A stretch of 64,000 nucleotides of DNA from Candidatus Omnitrophota bacterium (GTDB lineage: Bacteria > Omnitrophota > Gorgyraeia > Zapsychrales > Fredricksoniimonadaceae), in contig JAGWKL010000005.1 in the NCBI GenBank assembly GCA_028865345.1, positions 21,577 to 85,576 of the forward strand. The letters are read 5' to 3'. Positions within the stretch are counted from its first letter, which is position 1. Each line of letters starts with the position of its first letter. Shown piece by piece: positions 38,785 to 48,878 of this stretch. Made by a program: the position numbers and the translations under genes. Below the pieces are notes generated by a model. That model ran no database searches and had not been told where the DNA came from. It was given only the letters and a program-made list of their open reading frames with translations.

Positions 38785-39852
38785 ATGAACAGCGAATCTA
38801 AGAAGTTTTTACGTGAATTCTTAAGCCAGTGCGGGCCCTCGGGCTTCGAGGAAGCCAGCCAGAAAGTCTGGGCCAGGAGAACCCAACAATATGCCAAAGA
38901 GCTCCGGCGTGATGTGCACGGCAATGCCATTGCCGTATTGAACCCGAAAGCGGATTATAAGATCATGCTGGCCGGGCATTGCGATGAAATCGGCTTCATC
39001 ATAAGCCACATCACCGGCGAAGGTTTTTTGTGCGTGGTGCCGGTGGGCGGCATCGACAGCGGTGTTTTGCCCGGCAGCCAGGTGAAGGTGCAGACGGCAA
39101 AAGGCCTGGTCGATGGAATTATCGGTAAAAAACCCATCCATCTTATGGAAGAGGCGGACCGTAATAAGAATGTTCCAATCAAAGAATTGTGGGTGGATAT
39201 CGGCGCCAAGGACAGGAACGACGCGCTTAAAGCCGTGGCCTTGGGGGACGCGGTTTCTTTCGCGCCGAATTATATGGAACTGCGCAACAATGTTTTTTCT
39301 TCCAAGGGTTGCGACGATAAGACCGGCGCCTTTGTGGTTTCGGAGGTGATCAAGATCTTAAGCGGCAGGAAACTGCGTAAAGATATCGGGGTTTACGGCG
39401 TATCGACGGTCCAGGAAGAGGTGGGTTTGCGCGGGGCGCGCACCAGCGCCTATGGCATCAATCCCAAAGTCGGCATCGCCGTGGACGTCGGTTTTGCCTC
39501 GGATGTGCCGGGCATCGACAAGCGCATCGTGGGGGAGGTGTCTTTGGGCAAGGGGCCCATCCTGCATGCCGGGCCTGCGATCAACCGGACCCTGGGCAAG
39601 CTGTTCATCGAAGTGGCCGGTGCCAAGAAAATCCCTTACCAATTTTCATCCGTCGGCCGCCCTGACGGCACGGACACCGGTGCCATGCAATTGAGCCGTG
39701 ATGGCGTGGCAACGGCCTTAATCAGCGTCCCCAACCGCTACATGCATACCATGGTGGAAGCCTGTTGTCTGGATGACTTGGAATCCTGCGCCAACCTGAT
39801 CGCGGAAGTCGTTCTGGAGATCACTCCCAAAATGGATTTTATCCCCCGGTAG
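38785..39852 (+). CDS. M42 family metallo-aminopeptidase
   Basis: GHCDEIG, CDDKTG, VQEEVGLRGA, GTD, RYMH. Confidence 0.94.
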   Translation: MNSESKKFLREFLSQCGPSGFEEASQKVWARRTQQYAKELRRDVHGNAIAVLNPKADYKIMLAGHCDEIGFIISHITGEGFLCVVPVGGIDSGVLPGSQVKVQTAKGLVDGIIGKKPIHLMEEADRNKNVPIKELWVDIGAKDRNDALKAVALGDAVSFAPNYMELRNNVFSSKGCDDKTGAFVVSEVIKILSGRKLRKDIGVYGVSTVQEEVGLRGARTSAYGINPKVGIAVDVGFASDVPGIDKRIVGEVSLGKGPILHAGPAINRTLGKLFIEVAGAKKIPYQFSSVGRPDGTDTGAMQLSRDGVATALISVPNRYMHTMVEACCLDDLESCANLIAEVVLEITPKMDFIPR

Positions 39853-40321
39853 GACTCAGGGATTTTAAAGCGACCAGAATTTCCTGATCGTGGCCTTCGG
39901 GTCTGACCTTCTCAAATACCCTGGCAATCCGGCCGGCTGAGTCAATGATGAAGGTGGTACGGGCCACGCCCATGTATTTTCTGCCGTACATGGATTTTTC
40001 CACCCAGACGCCGTAATCCCGGCACATTTTCTTATCTTCATCGGCCAGCAGGATAAAAGGCAGTTTGAATTTGCTGATGAATTTTTCATGGGAGTTGATG
40101 GGGTCCGGGCTTACTCCTAAGACCACGGTGTTATGTTTTTCGATCTCTTTAAAACTATTACGCAAACCGCAGGCTTCCACGGTGCATCCCGGCGTATCGT
40201 CCTTGGGATAAAAGTAAACAACCGCATTTTTGCCTTTCAAGTCTTTTAGGGCAATGGCACCGCCGCTTGTGGAAGGCAAATTAAATTCAGGGGCCTTGCT
40301 TCCTTCTGAAGGGATCGGCAT
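39839..40321 (-). CDS. bcp: Peroxiredoxin Bcp
   Basis: YFYPKDDTPGCTVEAC, RTTFIID. Confidence 0.95.
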   Translation of the reverse strand: MPIPSEGSKAPEFNLPSTSGGAIALKDLKGKNAVVYFYPKDDTPGCTVEACGLRNSFKEIEKHNTVVLGVSPDPINSHEKFISKFKLPFILLADEDKKMCRDYGVWVEKSMYGRKYMGVARTTFIIDSAGRIARVFEKVRPEGHDQEILVALKSLSPTGG

Positions 40322-40428
40322 ATTTTCACCTTTCTATGTTTTTTGGAGAAAAGAAGTTCCCCTATTATATAGTAAAAAGGGATAAACTAATAATATTGCC
40401 GGTTTATTTATGTTAAAATTAACAATTA

Positions 40429-42312
40429 ATGGGGCCCCACCTATACTTTTTTATAGGCACACCTTTGATCGGCATCGCTTTTTTAGATGCCATCTTATTT
40501 TATCTTCTTTTAAAAAATAACCCCCAAAACAGGAACATTAACAAGTCCATTGCCTTCGGCTGCTTTTTTACGGCCTTATATGCTTTTTTTGCAGGTATTG
40601 TGTATATCCGGGCAGGCTTGGGTCTCAACTATACATTTTTTTATAAATGCTGCTGGGCAGGGTGGCTTGCCATGGCACCCATCTATCAATTTGCTTTTTA
40701 TATTAAAGATGACAACAGTAAGAAGGCGATATCTGTCGGCCTTGGGTTATATTTTTTCTGGTTTCTTGCCTTTGCCCTTTGCTTTACGTCCGACTGGATG
40801 GAGCCCGGCGTAAAAAGCCTCATTCCCTATTTTCCCCACTATGGCATTTTAGAAAGGCCTGTACGTTCCATCGGCGGATTCATGTTGCTTTACGCCATTT
40901 ACAAGTTATTCAAGGCCAAGAACGAAGTCAGCGGCATCAAGAAAATACAAACCAGCTATCTTATTTTAGGCTTGATTATTTATGCCCTGGGGGCCATTGT
41001 CACATCTTGTTTTTTGTCCTTGGTCGGCGGCCTTGGATTTGACCCGGCCCTGACATCTTATTTCAGCCTTCCCTGGACCCTTCTTGTTTTTTATGCCATC
41101 ACCCGCTACAGGCTGTTCGATATCCAGATTATCATTTCCAGCGCCTTATCCATTGTCATTTTGACCATTATCCTGGGCGTATTGAACGTCGCCCTGTTCA
41201 GGTTGTTGGAACCGTTGATAGGTTCCACCTGGGCCATTTTTATATCAGTGTTTGTGATCATCATTATTTTCCTGCGGACACCCCTGCGGCGCATGGTGCA
41301 GGGAGGGTTCAGCGACACCCTGCTGGGAGGCAAGTACAATTACCAGGCGATATTAAGGGAATCCACCCGGGCCATTGTCACCATCCTTGACCAGGAGGAA
41401 TTGCTCAATTACCTGGTCCATATTTTGCAGCAAAGTTTTAAAGTCCGCAAGGTCTGCTTGTTTTTAAAGCACGCGGAAGGCCCTTATTATGTCCGTTATC
41501 AATGGGGGATGGGCAAGATTCCTCCGGATTTGCAGTTTTCCGATGAAAAGATCATTGAATGGTTGAAGAAGAACCGGCAGATTTTTATCAAGGAGGAGCA
41601 GCAGGGAATGCTGACCAGAGAAAAGTTCGATCAGCTCTATGATAAGCTCCATTTCATAGAGGCCAACCTGGTCCTGCCCCTGTTTTTTAAAGACAATCTG
41701 ATAGGCTTTCTGACCCTCGGCCCCAGCGACGATGACCGTCCTTATGTCCAAAGCGATATTGATATCCTGATGACCCTGACCGGCCAGACCGCCATCGCCA
41801 TTGAGAACGCCCGCCTCTACACGGAGGCCATCACTGACGGGTTGACCGGTTTATACCATCATAAATATTTCGTCATGCGCCTGACCGAAGAGGTCCAGCG
41901 CGCCCAACGCTACGGCCGGCCTTTAAGTTTATTGTTGCTCGATGTGGACCATTTTAAGAACATCAATGACGTGTGCGGCCACCTGGCGGGAGACAAGGTG
42001 CTGGTGGGAGTGTCAGAATTTATCAAGAAGTCCCACCGCACCACCGATGTGGTGGCGAGGTACGGAGGTGAAGAATTTGCCGTCATCCTTCCGGACACCG
42101 ACAGGGAAGCGGCCTTGATCCCGGCCAGGAGGTTAAGGGAAGCCATTGAAGCCACTGCCTTCGAAGGCAATCTTCTTGTCACGGTCAGCATAGGCCTGGC
42201 CTGTCTGGACCTTAACCGCAAAGAATTGAAGACCGAAGATCTGATAGAGGCTGCGGACAAGGCCCTTTACCGGGCCAAAGAAAACGGCAGGAACCGCATT
42301 GAAATCGCTTGA
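40429..42312 (+). CDS. Membrane sensor GAF-GGDEF diguanylate cyclase
   Basis: Multi-TM N-terminus, GAF (AIAIENARLY), DGLTGL, RxxD I-site, GGEEF. Confidence 0.93.
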   Translation: MGPHLYFFIGTPLIGIAFLDAILFYLLLKNNPQNRNINKSIAFGCFFTALYAFFAGIVYIRAGLGLNYTFFYKCCWAGWLAMAPIYQFAFYIKDDNSKKAISVGLGLYFFWFLAFALCFTSDWMEPGVKSLIPYFPHYGILERPVRSIGGFMLLYAIYKLFKAKNEVSGIKKIQTSYLILGLIIYALGAIVTSCFLSLVGGLGFDPALTSYFSLPWTLLVFYAITRYRLFDIQIIISSALSIVILTIILGVLNVALFRLLEPLIGSTWAIFISVFVIIIIFLRTPLRRMVQGGFSDTLLGGKYNYQAILRESTRAIVTILDQEELLNYLVHILQQSFKVRKVCLFLKHAEGPYYVRYQWGMGKIPPDLQFSDEKIIEWLKKNRQIFIKEEQQGMLTREKFDQLYDKLHFIEANLVLPLFFKDNLIGFLTLGPSDDDRPYVQSDIDILMTLTGQTAIAIENARLYTEAITDGLTGLYHHKYFVMRLTEEVQRAQRYGRPLSLLLLDVDHFKNINDVCGHLAGDKVLVGVSEFIKKSHRTTDVVARYGGEEFAVILPDTDREAALIPARRLREAIEATAFEGNLLVTVSIGLACLDLNRKELKTEDLIEAADKALYRAKENGRNRIEIA

Positions 42313-42774
42313 TCAATAGGCTTTCCATGATTTGGACTTGCCGTCGTAAATTGCTTTGACCCTTTGGTTTTCTGCAACGCCGTCCTCCACGGGCCAGGCA
42401 GTGGCTTCCAGCTTATTGCCGTCGGGATCGTAAAAATAAAGGGACCAGGACTTAGGGCGCTTCTTGGCAAATTCGATTTTGACGTCATGGGCTTCCAGAT
42501 GGGCGATCATGGCCTCAAAATCCCGGGCATTCACACGGAAGGAAAAATGGTTGGCCCCCAGGCCTTCATTGGCAAAAAGATGGCTGCTTTTTAAATCTTG
42601 GGCCTGGATGATCCCCAGGAGGCTGCTGCCGCAGTCCAGAAAATATTCAATGCCGGGTTTGGAAGGCTCACGTTCGGTGACCTTGAGGCCGATGGTCTTG
42701 GTATAAAACTCCAGGGATTTATTCAAGTCCCGCACGTTAAAAGCCACGTGATCGATCCCTTGTATTTTAATCAT
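42313..42774 (-). CDS. VOC/glyoxalase family protein
   Basis: IDHVAFNVRDL, NHFSF, YFYDPDGNKLE. Confidence 0.9.
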   Translation of the reverse strand: MIKIQGIDHVAFNVRDLNKSLEFYTKTIGLKVTEREPSKPGIEYFLDCGSSLLGIIQAQDLKSSHLFANEGLGANHFSFRVNARDFEAMIAHLEAHDVKIEFAKKRPKSWSLYFYDPDGNKLEATAWPVEDGVAENQRVKAIYDGKSKSWKAY

Positions 42775-43574
42775 ATCTTTATTCTCTTCTCTATTTTTTT
42801 TTGTTTAAAAACCAGATATTCTTTATAGCCGACGGATTGGGCCAGGTCAAGGGCCTTATCAAAGTCCCTGCCGACATCCCGAGGGTCGTGCGCGTCAGAG
42901 CCGAAAGTCAAAGGTACGCCCGCCTCCCGGTATATTTTCAGGCAGCCGGGCGCCGGGTACATTTCAGCAACAGGCTTGCGCAACCCTGCGGTATTGATTT
43001 CCACGGCGACGCCGGTTTCTTTAAAGACCTTGGCTGTGGCATTGATCTCGTCGGTGAGATCAATAGTCGGCCGGGCGCCGAATTTTTTAGGCAGATCACA
43101 ATGGCCGATGATCTGGAAGAACCCGGTTTGGGCCGATTTTCTCAACAGGGCATAATATTTCCGGTAGACTTCATTGACATCATGCACCTTCCAATATTCA
43201 CGGGTAGACGGGTCATCAAAGGCCCAGTCATCGATAAAATGCACGGAGCCGATGATGTAATCGTATGGGTAGCTGTTGATGATGGCCTTTGTTTTGGCCT
43301 CATATCCCGGCAGGAAATCCGATTCCAGCGCGATCTTGATGTTGATGGAGCCGGATAAACGTTTGCGGACATCCTCGATCATGGCGTTGTATTTAGGGAG
43401 CTCATCCATGGTCATCGTAATGCCGGGCATGGGTTTATGCACCATGGGCGCATGGTCTGAGAATCCAATTTCCTTCAGCCCCATCTTGACGGCTTGCTTG
43501 ACGTATTCTTCGGGCTCGCCAATCGCATGGCCGCACAGAGGGGTGTGCATATGATAGTCGGCAAAGACAAGCAT
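42771..43574 (-). CDS. Histidinol-phosphatase, PHP (HisJ) family
   Basis: DYHMHTPLCGHA, SDHAP, IGSVH, EINTAG, GSDAH. Confidence 0.9.
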   Translation of the reverse strand: MLVFADYHMHTPLCGHAIGEPEEYVKQAVKMGLKEIGFSDHAPMVHKPMPGITMTMDELPKYNAMIEDVRKRLSGSINIKIALESDFLPGYEAKTKAIINSYPYDYIIGSVHFIDDWAFDDPSTREYWKVHDVNEVYRKYYALLRKSAQTGFFQIIGHCDLPKKFGARPTIDLTDEINATAKVFKETGVAVEINTAGLRKPVAEMYPAPGCLKIYREAGVPLTFGSDAHDPRDVGRDFDKALDLAQSVGYKEYLVFKQKKIEKRIKI

Positions 43575-43631
43575 AGGAGCACAGAATATAACATGGACAG
43601 GGATAAGTCAATATGGTAATATTCCCATCTT

Positions 43632-44171
43632 ATGGATCAATATTTCCGTAAAATGCTCGAACATATCGGCGAAGACCCCGGCCGCGAAGGGCTTTTAAAG
43701 ACCCCGGTGCGGGCGGCCAGGGCCTTTGAATTCCTGACCCAGGGCTATAAGAAGGATGTCAAGGAGATCGTCAACGGGGCGATCTTCACTTCCGATAATG
43801 ATGAGATGGTCATTATCAAGGACATCGAATTGTATTCCCTGTGTGAACACCATCTTCTGCCGTTTTTCGGCAAGGCCCATGTGGGCTATATCCCCAGAGG
43901 GAAGATCATCGGCCTTTCCAAAATAGCCCGTATCGTGGACATGTATGCCAGGCGCCTGCAGGTCCAGGAAAATTTGACCAAACAGATCGCCCAGACCCTG
44001 ATGGAGGTCACCGGCGCTTTGGGGGTGGGTGTGGTGATCGAGGCCCGGCATTTATGCATGATGATGCGGGGCGTGGAAAAGCAAAATTCACTGATGAAAA
44101 CATCCTGCCTGCTGGGAGCCTTTAGAAAGGATGATTCGACCCGAAAGGAATTTTTGGCCTTAATTTCATAG
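43632..44171 (+). CDS. folE: GTP cyclohydrolase I
   Basis: [33 protein letters not shown]. Confidence 0.97.
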   Translation: MDQYFRKMLEHIGEDPGREGLLKTPVRAARAFEFLTQGYKKDVKEIVNGAIFTSDNDEMVIIKDIELYSLCEHHLLPFFGKAHVGYIPRGKIIGLSKIARIVDMYARRLQVQENLTKQIAQTLMEVTGALGVGVVIEARHLCMMMRGVEKQNSLMKTSCLLGAFRKDDSTRKEFLALIS

Positions 44172-44172
44172 T

Positions 44173-44898
44173 ATGCCTTCCAAAATCAAAGGGACAGCCT
44201 TGGTGACAGGCGCGGCCAAACGCCTTGGCAATATGGTTGCCATGCATTTGGCCAAGCAAGGGTACCAAATCGCCCTGCATTATCACCGCTCCAAGTCTGG
44301 GGCCATGTCGACGCAGAAAGCCATTTGTAAAATGGGAAGGCGTTGTGAGCTTTTCTGCGCAGACCTGAGCATAGAAGCCCAGGCCCTCACGCTGTTTGCG
44401 GAGGTATTTAAAGCCTTCCCCAATGTGAATGTTCTGGTCAACAGCGCTTCTATTTTTATTCCCAATCAGTTCGGTGCCCTTGATTTGGGGCTTTTTAAGG
44501 CCCATTGGAACATTAATTTTAAAGCTCCGTACATTTTAACCTGTGAGTTTGCGCGGTTGGTCCAAAAAGGACATGTGATCAATTTTGTCGATGCCAACGC
44601 CGTCAAATACAAGACCGGCTACGCGGATTATCTGATGACCAAAAAGGCCTTGCTGGAGTTTACCCGGATGGCCGCAGTGCAGTGGGGGCCGGCCATCAGG
44701 GTCAACGGCGTTTCTCCTGGAATGATCCTGGCGCCGGTCAACGGCCAGCCGGATGACCGCGCCAGGCGCGCCAGGCAAATACCATTGTGCAGGACCGGGA
44801 ACCCGCGCAACATCCTGCAGAGCGTCCAATTTTTGCTGGAGAATGATTATTTGACCGGGCAAGTCATTGTAAACGACGGAGGGGAGAGTTTAATATAA
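44173..44898 (+). CDS. Pteridine reductase-like SDR (FolM/PTR1-like)
   Basis: TGAAKRLG, NSAS, YLMTK; lies between folE and folB. Confidence 0.85.
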   Translation: MPSKIKGTALVTGAAKRLGNMVAMHLAKQGYQIALHYHRSKSGAMSTQKAICKMGRRCELFCADLSIEAQALTLFAEVFKAFPNVNVLVNSASIFIPNQFGALDLGLFKAHWNINFKAPYILTCEFARLVQKGHVINFVDANAVKYKTGYADYLMTKKALLEFTRMAAVQWGPAIRVNGVSPGMILAPVNGQPDDRARRARQIPLCRTGNPRNILQSVQFLLENDYLTGQVIVNDGGESLI

Positions 44899-44899
44899 T

Positions 44900-45277
44900 A
44901 TGGCCGTTATCAGGATCAATGATTTGAAAGTACGGGCCTTGATCGGGGCGTATTCCTGGGAAAGGGTCAATAAACAGGAATTGATACTCAATATAACCAT
45001 CGAATACGATGCCTCCCGGGCCTGCCGTACCGATAAGCTTAAAGACGCGCTGAATTATGAAACCGTGGCCGCCCGTGCGGTTAAGACCGCCCGGGGTTCA
45101 CGCCACGTATTATTAGAGAAGCTGGCCTCCAGGCTTTTAGCCGGCATCATGTCCGACAAAAGGGTGGATGCGGCCTGGGTGCGGGTCGACAAGACTCATG
45201 CCCTGCCTGATGCCCGTTGCGTGTCTTTTGAGCTTTCCGCTGCCTGTCCCCGCACTCGGGGAGGCGCTAAAAGATAA
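44900..45277 (+). CDS. folB: Dihydroneopterin aldolase/epimerase
   Basis: IGAYSWER...Q, ALNY, LLEKLA, VDK. Confidence 0.85.
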   Translation: MAVIRINDLKVRALIGAYSWERVNKQELILNITIEYDASRACRTDKLKDALNYETVAARAVKTARGSRHVLLEKLASRLLAGIMSDKRVDAAWVRVDKTHALPDARCVSFELSAACPRTRGGAKR

Positions 45278-45328
45278 AATTTTGCTTGCAGTCGGATTTA
45301 TCATGGTTAATATACTACTCACACAACC

Positions 45329-46102
45329 TTGAACCTTACGGAGAGCAAGCCATTGGGCCTTTGGTCCTTCAAAGATGAAGTCGTTTTGGTTACAGGCTCC
45401 ACACGCGGCATAGGTTTAGGTGTGGCCCACGCTTTTGCCCAGGAAGGGGCCATGGTCCTTATTGTGGGGACCAATGAGTCGATGGCCAGGCAGGTCGCCG
45501 CCGATTTTAAGTCCAAAGGCCGCTTGGCGGACGGATTCGGTTGTGATGTGACCGATTTTCATCAGGTACAAGAAACTGTTAATAAAATTCTTGACATTCA
45601 TAAGCGCATTGATATATTAGTCAACAACGCCGGCATTACGCGTGACAATCTCCTCTTGAGGCTTGATGAAAACGATTGGGACCAGGTTATTAAGGTCAAC
45701 CTCAAGGGAACCTTTAATGTCACCAAGGCCGTTGGCAGGGCGATGATAAGGGCCAAAAAGGGCAGGATCATCAATATCGCCTCCGTGATCGGGCTGACCG
45801 GTAATATCGGCCAGGCCAATTACGCAGCCAGCAAGGCAGGGATTATTGCTTTTTCTAAGTCGGCGGCCAAAGAATTCGCTCATCGAAATATTACGGTCAA
45901 TTGTGTTGCTCCGGGGTACATCCGTACGGACATGACCGCCAAAATATCCGAGGCCGTGCAGCAAAAAGTGCTTGAACGCATTCCTTTGTCCAGGTTCGGA
46001 GAAGTTCATGATGTGGCCGGCCTTTGCATGTTCCTGGCCTCTCCGGCGGCCGATTATATCACCGGACAGACGATCGTTGTGGACGGCGGATTGACGATAT
46101 AA
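45329..46102 (+). CDS. fabG: 3-oxoacyl-ACP reductase (start codon uncertain)
   Basis: TGSTRGIG, NNAGITRDNLL, GQANYAASKAG; adjacent to acpP and fabF. Confidence 0.95.
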   Translation: MNLTESKPLGLWSFKDEVVLVTGSTRGIGLGVAHAFAQEGAMVLIVGTNESMARQVAADFKSKGRLADGFGCDVTDFHQVQETVNKILDIHKRIDILVNNAGITRDNLLLRLDENDWDQVIKVNLKGTFNVTKAVGRAMIRAKKGRIINIASVIGLTGNIGQANYAASKAGIIAFSKSAAKEFAHRNITVNCVAPGYIRTDMTAKISEAVQQKVLERIPLSRFGEVHDVAGLCMFLASPAADYITGQTIVVDGGLTI

Positions 46103-46192
46103 AAAATAATTTATAGGTTAGGTCCCCGAGTCTGGGGACAGGAAAGTTTCAAGCCCGCTAAAAACTTAAACGGGCAACTCCAGGAGGAAGAC

Positions 46193-46432
46193 ATGGCAGT
46201 GGACAGCAAGATCAAGTCAATAATTGCGGAACAATTGGGCGTCAAGCCGGAAGAAGTGACGCCGAACGCCTCTTTCGTGGATGATCTGGGCGCGGATTCC
46301 TTGGATACCGTCGAGCTTATCATGGCGCTGGAAGAGGAATTCAACATCGAAATTCCGGACGAAGATGCCGAAAAGATGAAGACCGTGGGCGACGCGATCA
46401 AATACATTGAAGAAAAAGCCAACGCTTCTTGA
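46193..46432 (+). CDS. acpP: Acyl carrier protein
   Basis: [12 protein letters not shown]. Confidence 0.98.
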   Translation: MAVDSKIKSIIAEQLGVKPEEVTPNASFVDDLGADSLDTVELIMALEEEFNIEIPDEDAEKMKTVGDAIKYIEEKANAS

Positions 46433-46478
46433 TGACGTCGACGTTTGAATCGCCGTTGATAGTTTATATGGATGAGAC

Positions 46479-46507
46479 TTGCCCCGCCATCGGCGGGGCA
46501 AACTTTT
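46479..46507 (+). terminator. GC hairpin between acpP and fabF (terminator or REP-like)
   Basis: TTGCCCCGCC-ATC-GGCGGGGCAA followed by a short T run. Confidence 0.5.
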
Positions 46508-46527
46508 AATGGGGAGTTATCGATATC

Positions 46528-47772
46528 ATGCAGAAAAACAAGGTGGTCATCACAGGGATGGGGGTCCTTTCGCCCGTGGGATGCGGGGTGGATAGATTCT
46601 GGCAGGCCTTGAGTCAGGGCCAAAGCGGGATCCGTGCCATCACCCAATTCGATGCTTCCGGTTTTGATTCACAGGTGAGCGGTGATGTGACCGGCTACGA
46701 TCCTTTAGAGCATTTTAATTCCAAAGACGCCCGTAATCTGTCCCGGTTCATCCAGTTCGGCGTCGTGGCGGCCCAAGAGGCGCTGACCGGCGCCCGGCTT
46801 GACATCCGTCAAATGGACGCGTCCCGCGCCGCCGTTGTCGTCGGGTCAGGCATCGGCAGCATTTATTCCGCGGAAGAAGAATACGACAAATTGCTGCACA
46901 AGGGGCCTTCGCGCATTTCGCCGTTTTTCATCACGCGCATGATCATCAATGAAGCGGCGGGACAGATAGCCATCCATACCGGTGCCACAGGACCTTGTTT
47001 CGCGATTGCCACGGCTTGCGCCACTGCCAATAACTGCATCGGGGAAGGCATGCGCATGATCCAGCATGGTGAGGCGGACGTAGTGATCGCCGGCGGTACG
47101 GAAAGTGCAACCTCCAAATTAGGGGTGGGCGGTTTCTGTGCCCTGAAAGCTCTTTCGAGGCGCAATGACCAGCCTGCCAAGGCCAGCCGCCCTTTTGATC
47201 TTAACCGGGACGGTTTTGTGATGGGCGAAGGGGCAGGCATCGTGGTTTTGGAAGCTCTTTCGTTTGCCCAAAAGCGCGGGGCGACCATTTTAGCGGAATT
47301 GGCCGGTTATGGCCGCACGTGCGATGCCTATCATATTACAGCGCCGCATGCCGAGGGATTGGGAGCGTTGAAGGCCATGGAGATGGCCATCAAAGACGCC
47401 GGCCTGAAGGTGACGGACATCAACTATATCAACGCGCACGGGACCTCCACGAAACTCAACGATGCCGTTGAAACCATGGCCATCAAGAAATTATTCGGCG
47501 ATCATGCCGGGAAGATTCCGGTTTCTTCCACTAAATCCATGACCGGGCATCTGCTGGGGGCCGCGGGCGGTATAGAGCTCATTGCCTGTGTCATGTCCAT
47601 CAAAGACAATACCATACATCCGACCATCAATTATGAGACCCCCGACCCGGACTGCGATTTGGACTACGTGCCCAATGTGGCCCGAAAGGCAGAGGTGAAT
47701 GTGGCCCTGTCGAATTCCCTGGGTTTCGGCGGCCACAATGCTACGCTGGTCGTCAAACGATTCAAAGAATAG
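46528..47772 (+). CDS. fabF: Beta-ketoacyl-ACP synthase II
   Basis: TACAT, NAHGTST, KSMTGHLLGA, GFGGHN. Confidence 0.96.
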   Translation: MQKNKVVITGMGVLSPVGCGVDRFWQALSQGQSGIRAITQFDASGFDSQVSGDVTGYDPLEHFNSKDARNLSRFIQFGVVAAQEALTGARLDIRQMDASRAAVVVGSGIGSIYSAEEEYDKLLHKGPSRISPFFITRMIINEAAGQIAIHTGATGPCFAIATACATANNCIGEGMRMIQHGEADVVIAGGTESATSKLGVGGFCALKALSRRNDQPAKASRPFDLNRDGFVMGEGAGIVVLEALSFAQKRGATILAELAGYGRTCDAYHITAPHAEGLGALKAMEMAIKDAGLKVTDINYINAHGTSTKLNDAVETMAIKKLFGDHAGKIPVSSTKSMTGHLLGAAGGIELIACVMSIKDNTIHPTINYETPDPDCDLDYVPNVARKAEVNVALSNSLGFGGHNATLVVKRFKE

Positions 47773-47774
47773 AT

Positions 47775-48878
47775 ATGAAAACCTACCGATTAGCCATCAT
47801 TCCCGGTGACGGGATCGGTCCTGAAGTCGTGGCCCAAGGCCTCAAAGTTCTGGACGCGGCCGGCCGGAAATTCGCCTTTACCACCCGGCGCGAGAATTTT
47901 GATTTCGGCGGGGCGCGGTATCTGAAAAAGGCCCAAGTATTGTCAGATGAGGAAATGAATGCCTTGCGCGCCTTTGACGCCATCTATCTGGGCGCGGTCG
48001 GCCATCCGGACGTCAAACCCGGCATCCTGGAAAGAGGTGTTTTATTGAAGCTGCGTTTTGGCCTGGATCAATACATCAATTTGCGTCCGGTGCGTTTGTA
48101 CCAAAATGTCGCGACACCGATCAAAAATAAAGGCCCTGAGCATATTGATTATGTGGTGGTGCGCGAGAACTCCGGGGATGTTTACACCGGTGAAGGTGAG
48201 ATCCGCAATCAAGGCACCGGTCAGGAAGTGGCGACGCAAATCATGGTGTATTCCCATGCTCAGGTGGAGCGTTGCTTAAAGTATGCTTTTGAATATGTGA
48301 TGAAACGCCATGCCGACAAGCCCTGGAAAGGTTTGAGCGAAGAAGATAGAAAAGCGGGATTTATCGGCAAGCTGACCTTGTGCGGCAAAAGCAACGTGTT
48401 GACCAATGTCTTTGGGCTTTGGGACAGGGTCATGAACGATATGGCCCAACAATACCCCAAGGTCAAATTGGACTATGCGCATGTGGACGCGATGTGTATT
48501 TTCTTGATCGAGGCGCCGGAGCGTTTTGACGTGATTGTGACAACCAATATGTTTGGAGATATCATCACCGATCTGGCCGCCGTGACCCAGGGCGGCATGG
48601 GTGTCGCCCCGTCGGGAAACATCAATCCTAACGGTGTCAGTATGTTTGAGCCGGTGCACGGCAGTGCCCCGCAATTTACCGGTAAAGGGGTGGCCAATCC
48701 CTTGGCCGCGATCCTGACCGTCAAACTGATGCTCGAACATTTAAAGGAAGAAAAAGCGGCTCAGGCCATTGATGCCGCCGTGCAGTCGGTGATGTTAAAA
48801 ATGAAATCTATGTTGATCGGGCAAATGGGATATTCCACCGATCAAATCGGTGATATGGTGGCGGGGGTTTTAAAATGA
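47775..48878 (+). CDS. leuB: 3-isopropylmalate dehydrogenase
   Basis: PGDGIGPEV, NLRP, VREN, NMFGDIITD, FEPVHGSAP. Confidence 0.92.
   Translation: MKTYRLAIIPGDGIGPEVVAQGLKVLDAAGRKFAFTTRRENFDFGGARYLKKAQVLSDEEMNALRAFDAIYLGAVGHPDVKPGILERGVLLKLRFGLDQYINLRPVRLYQNVATPIKNKGPEHIDYVVVRENSGDVYTGEGEIRNQGTGQEVATQIMVYSHAQVERCLKYAFEYVMKRHADKPWKGLSEEDRKAGFIGKLTLCGKSNVLTNVFGLWDRVMNDMAQQYPKVKLDYAHVDAMCIFLIEAPERFDVIVTTNMFGDIITDLAAVTQGGMGVAPSGNINPNGVSMFEPVHGSAPQFTGKGVANPLAAILTVKLMLEHLKEEKAAQAIDAAVQSVMLKMKSMLIGQMGYSTDQIGDMVAGVLK

Noticed and set aside
40391-40418. dif site: TTATGTTAAA XerD-like arm
   Set aside because: No plausible XerC arm; more likely AT-rich promoter sequence.
43595-43632. Extra junction element copies (AATATTCCC at 43618; GGACAGGGATA at 43595)
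   Set aside because: Lacks the CTTCG-palindrome-GGT part and any duplicated terminus; explained by the divergent promoter region.
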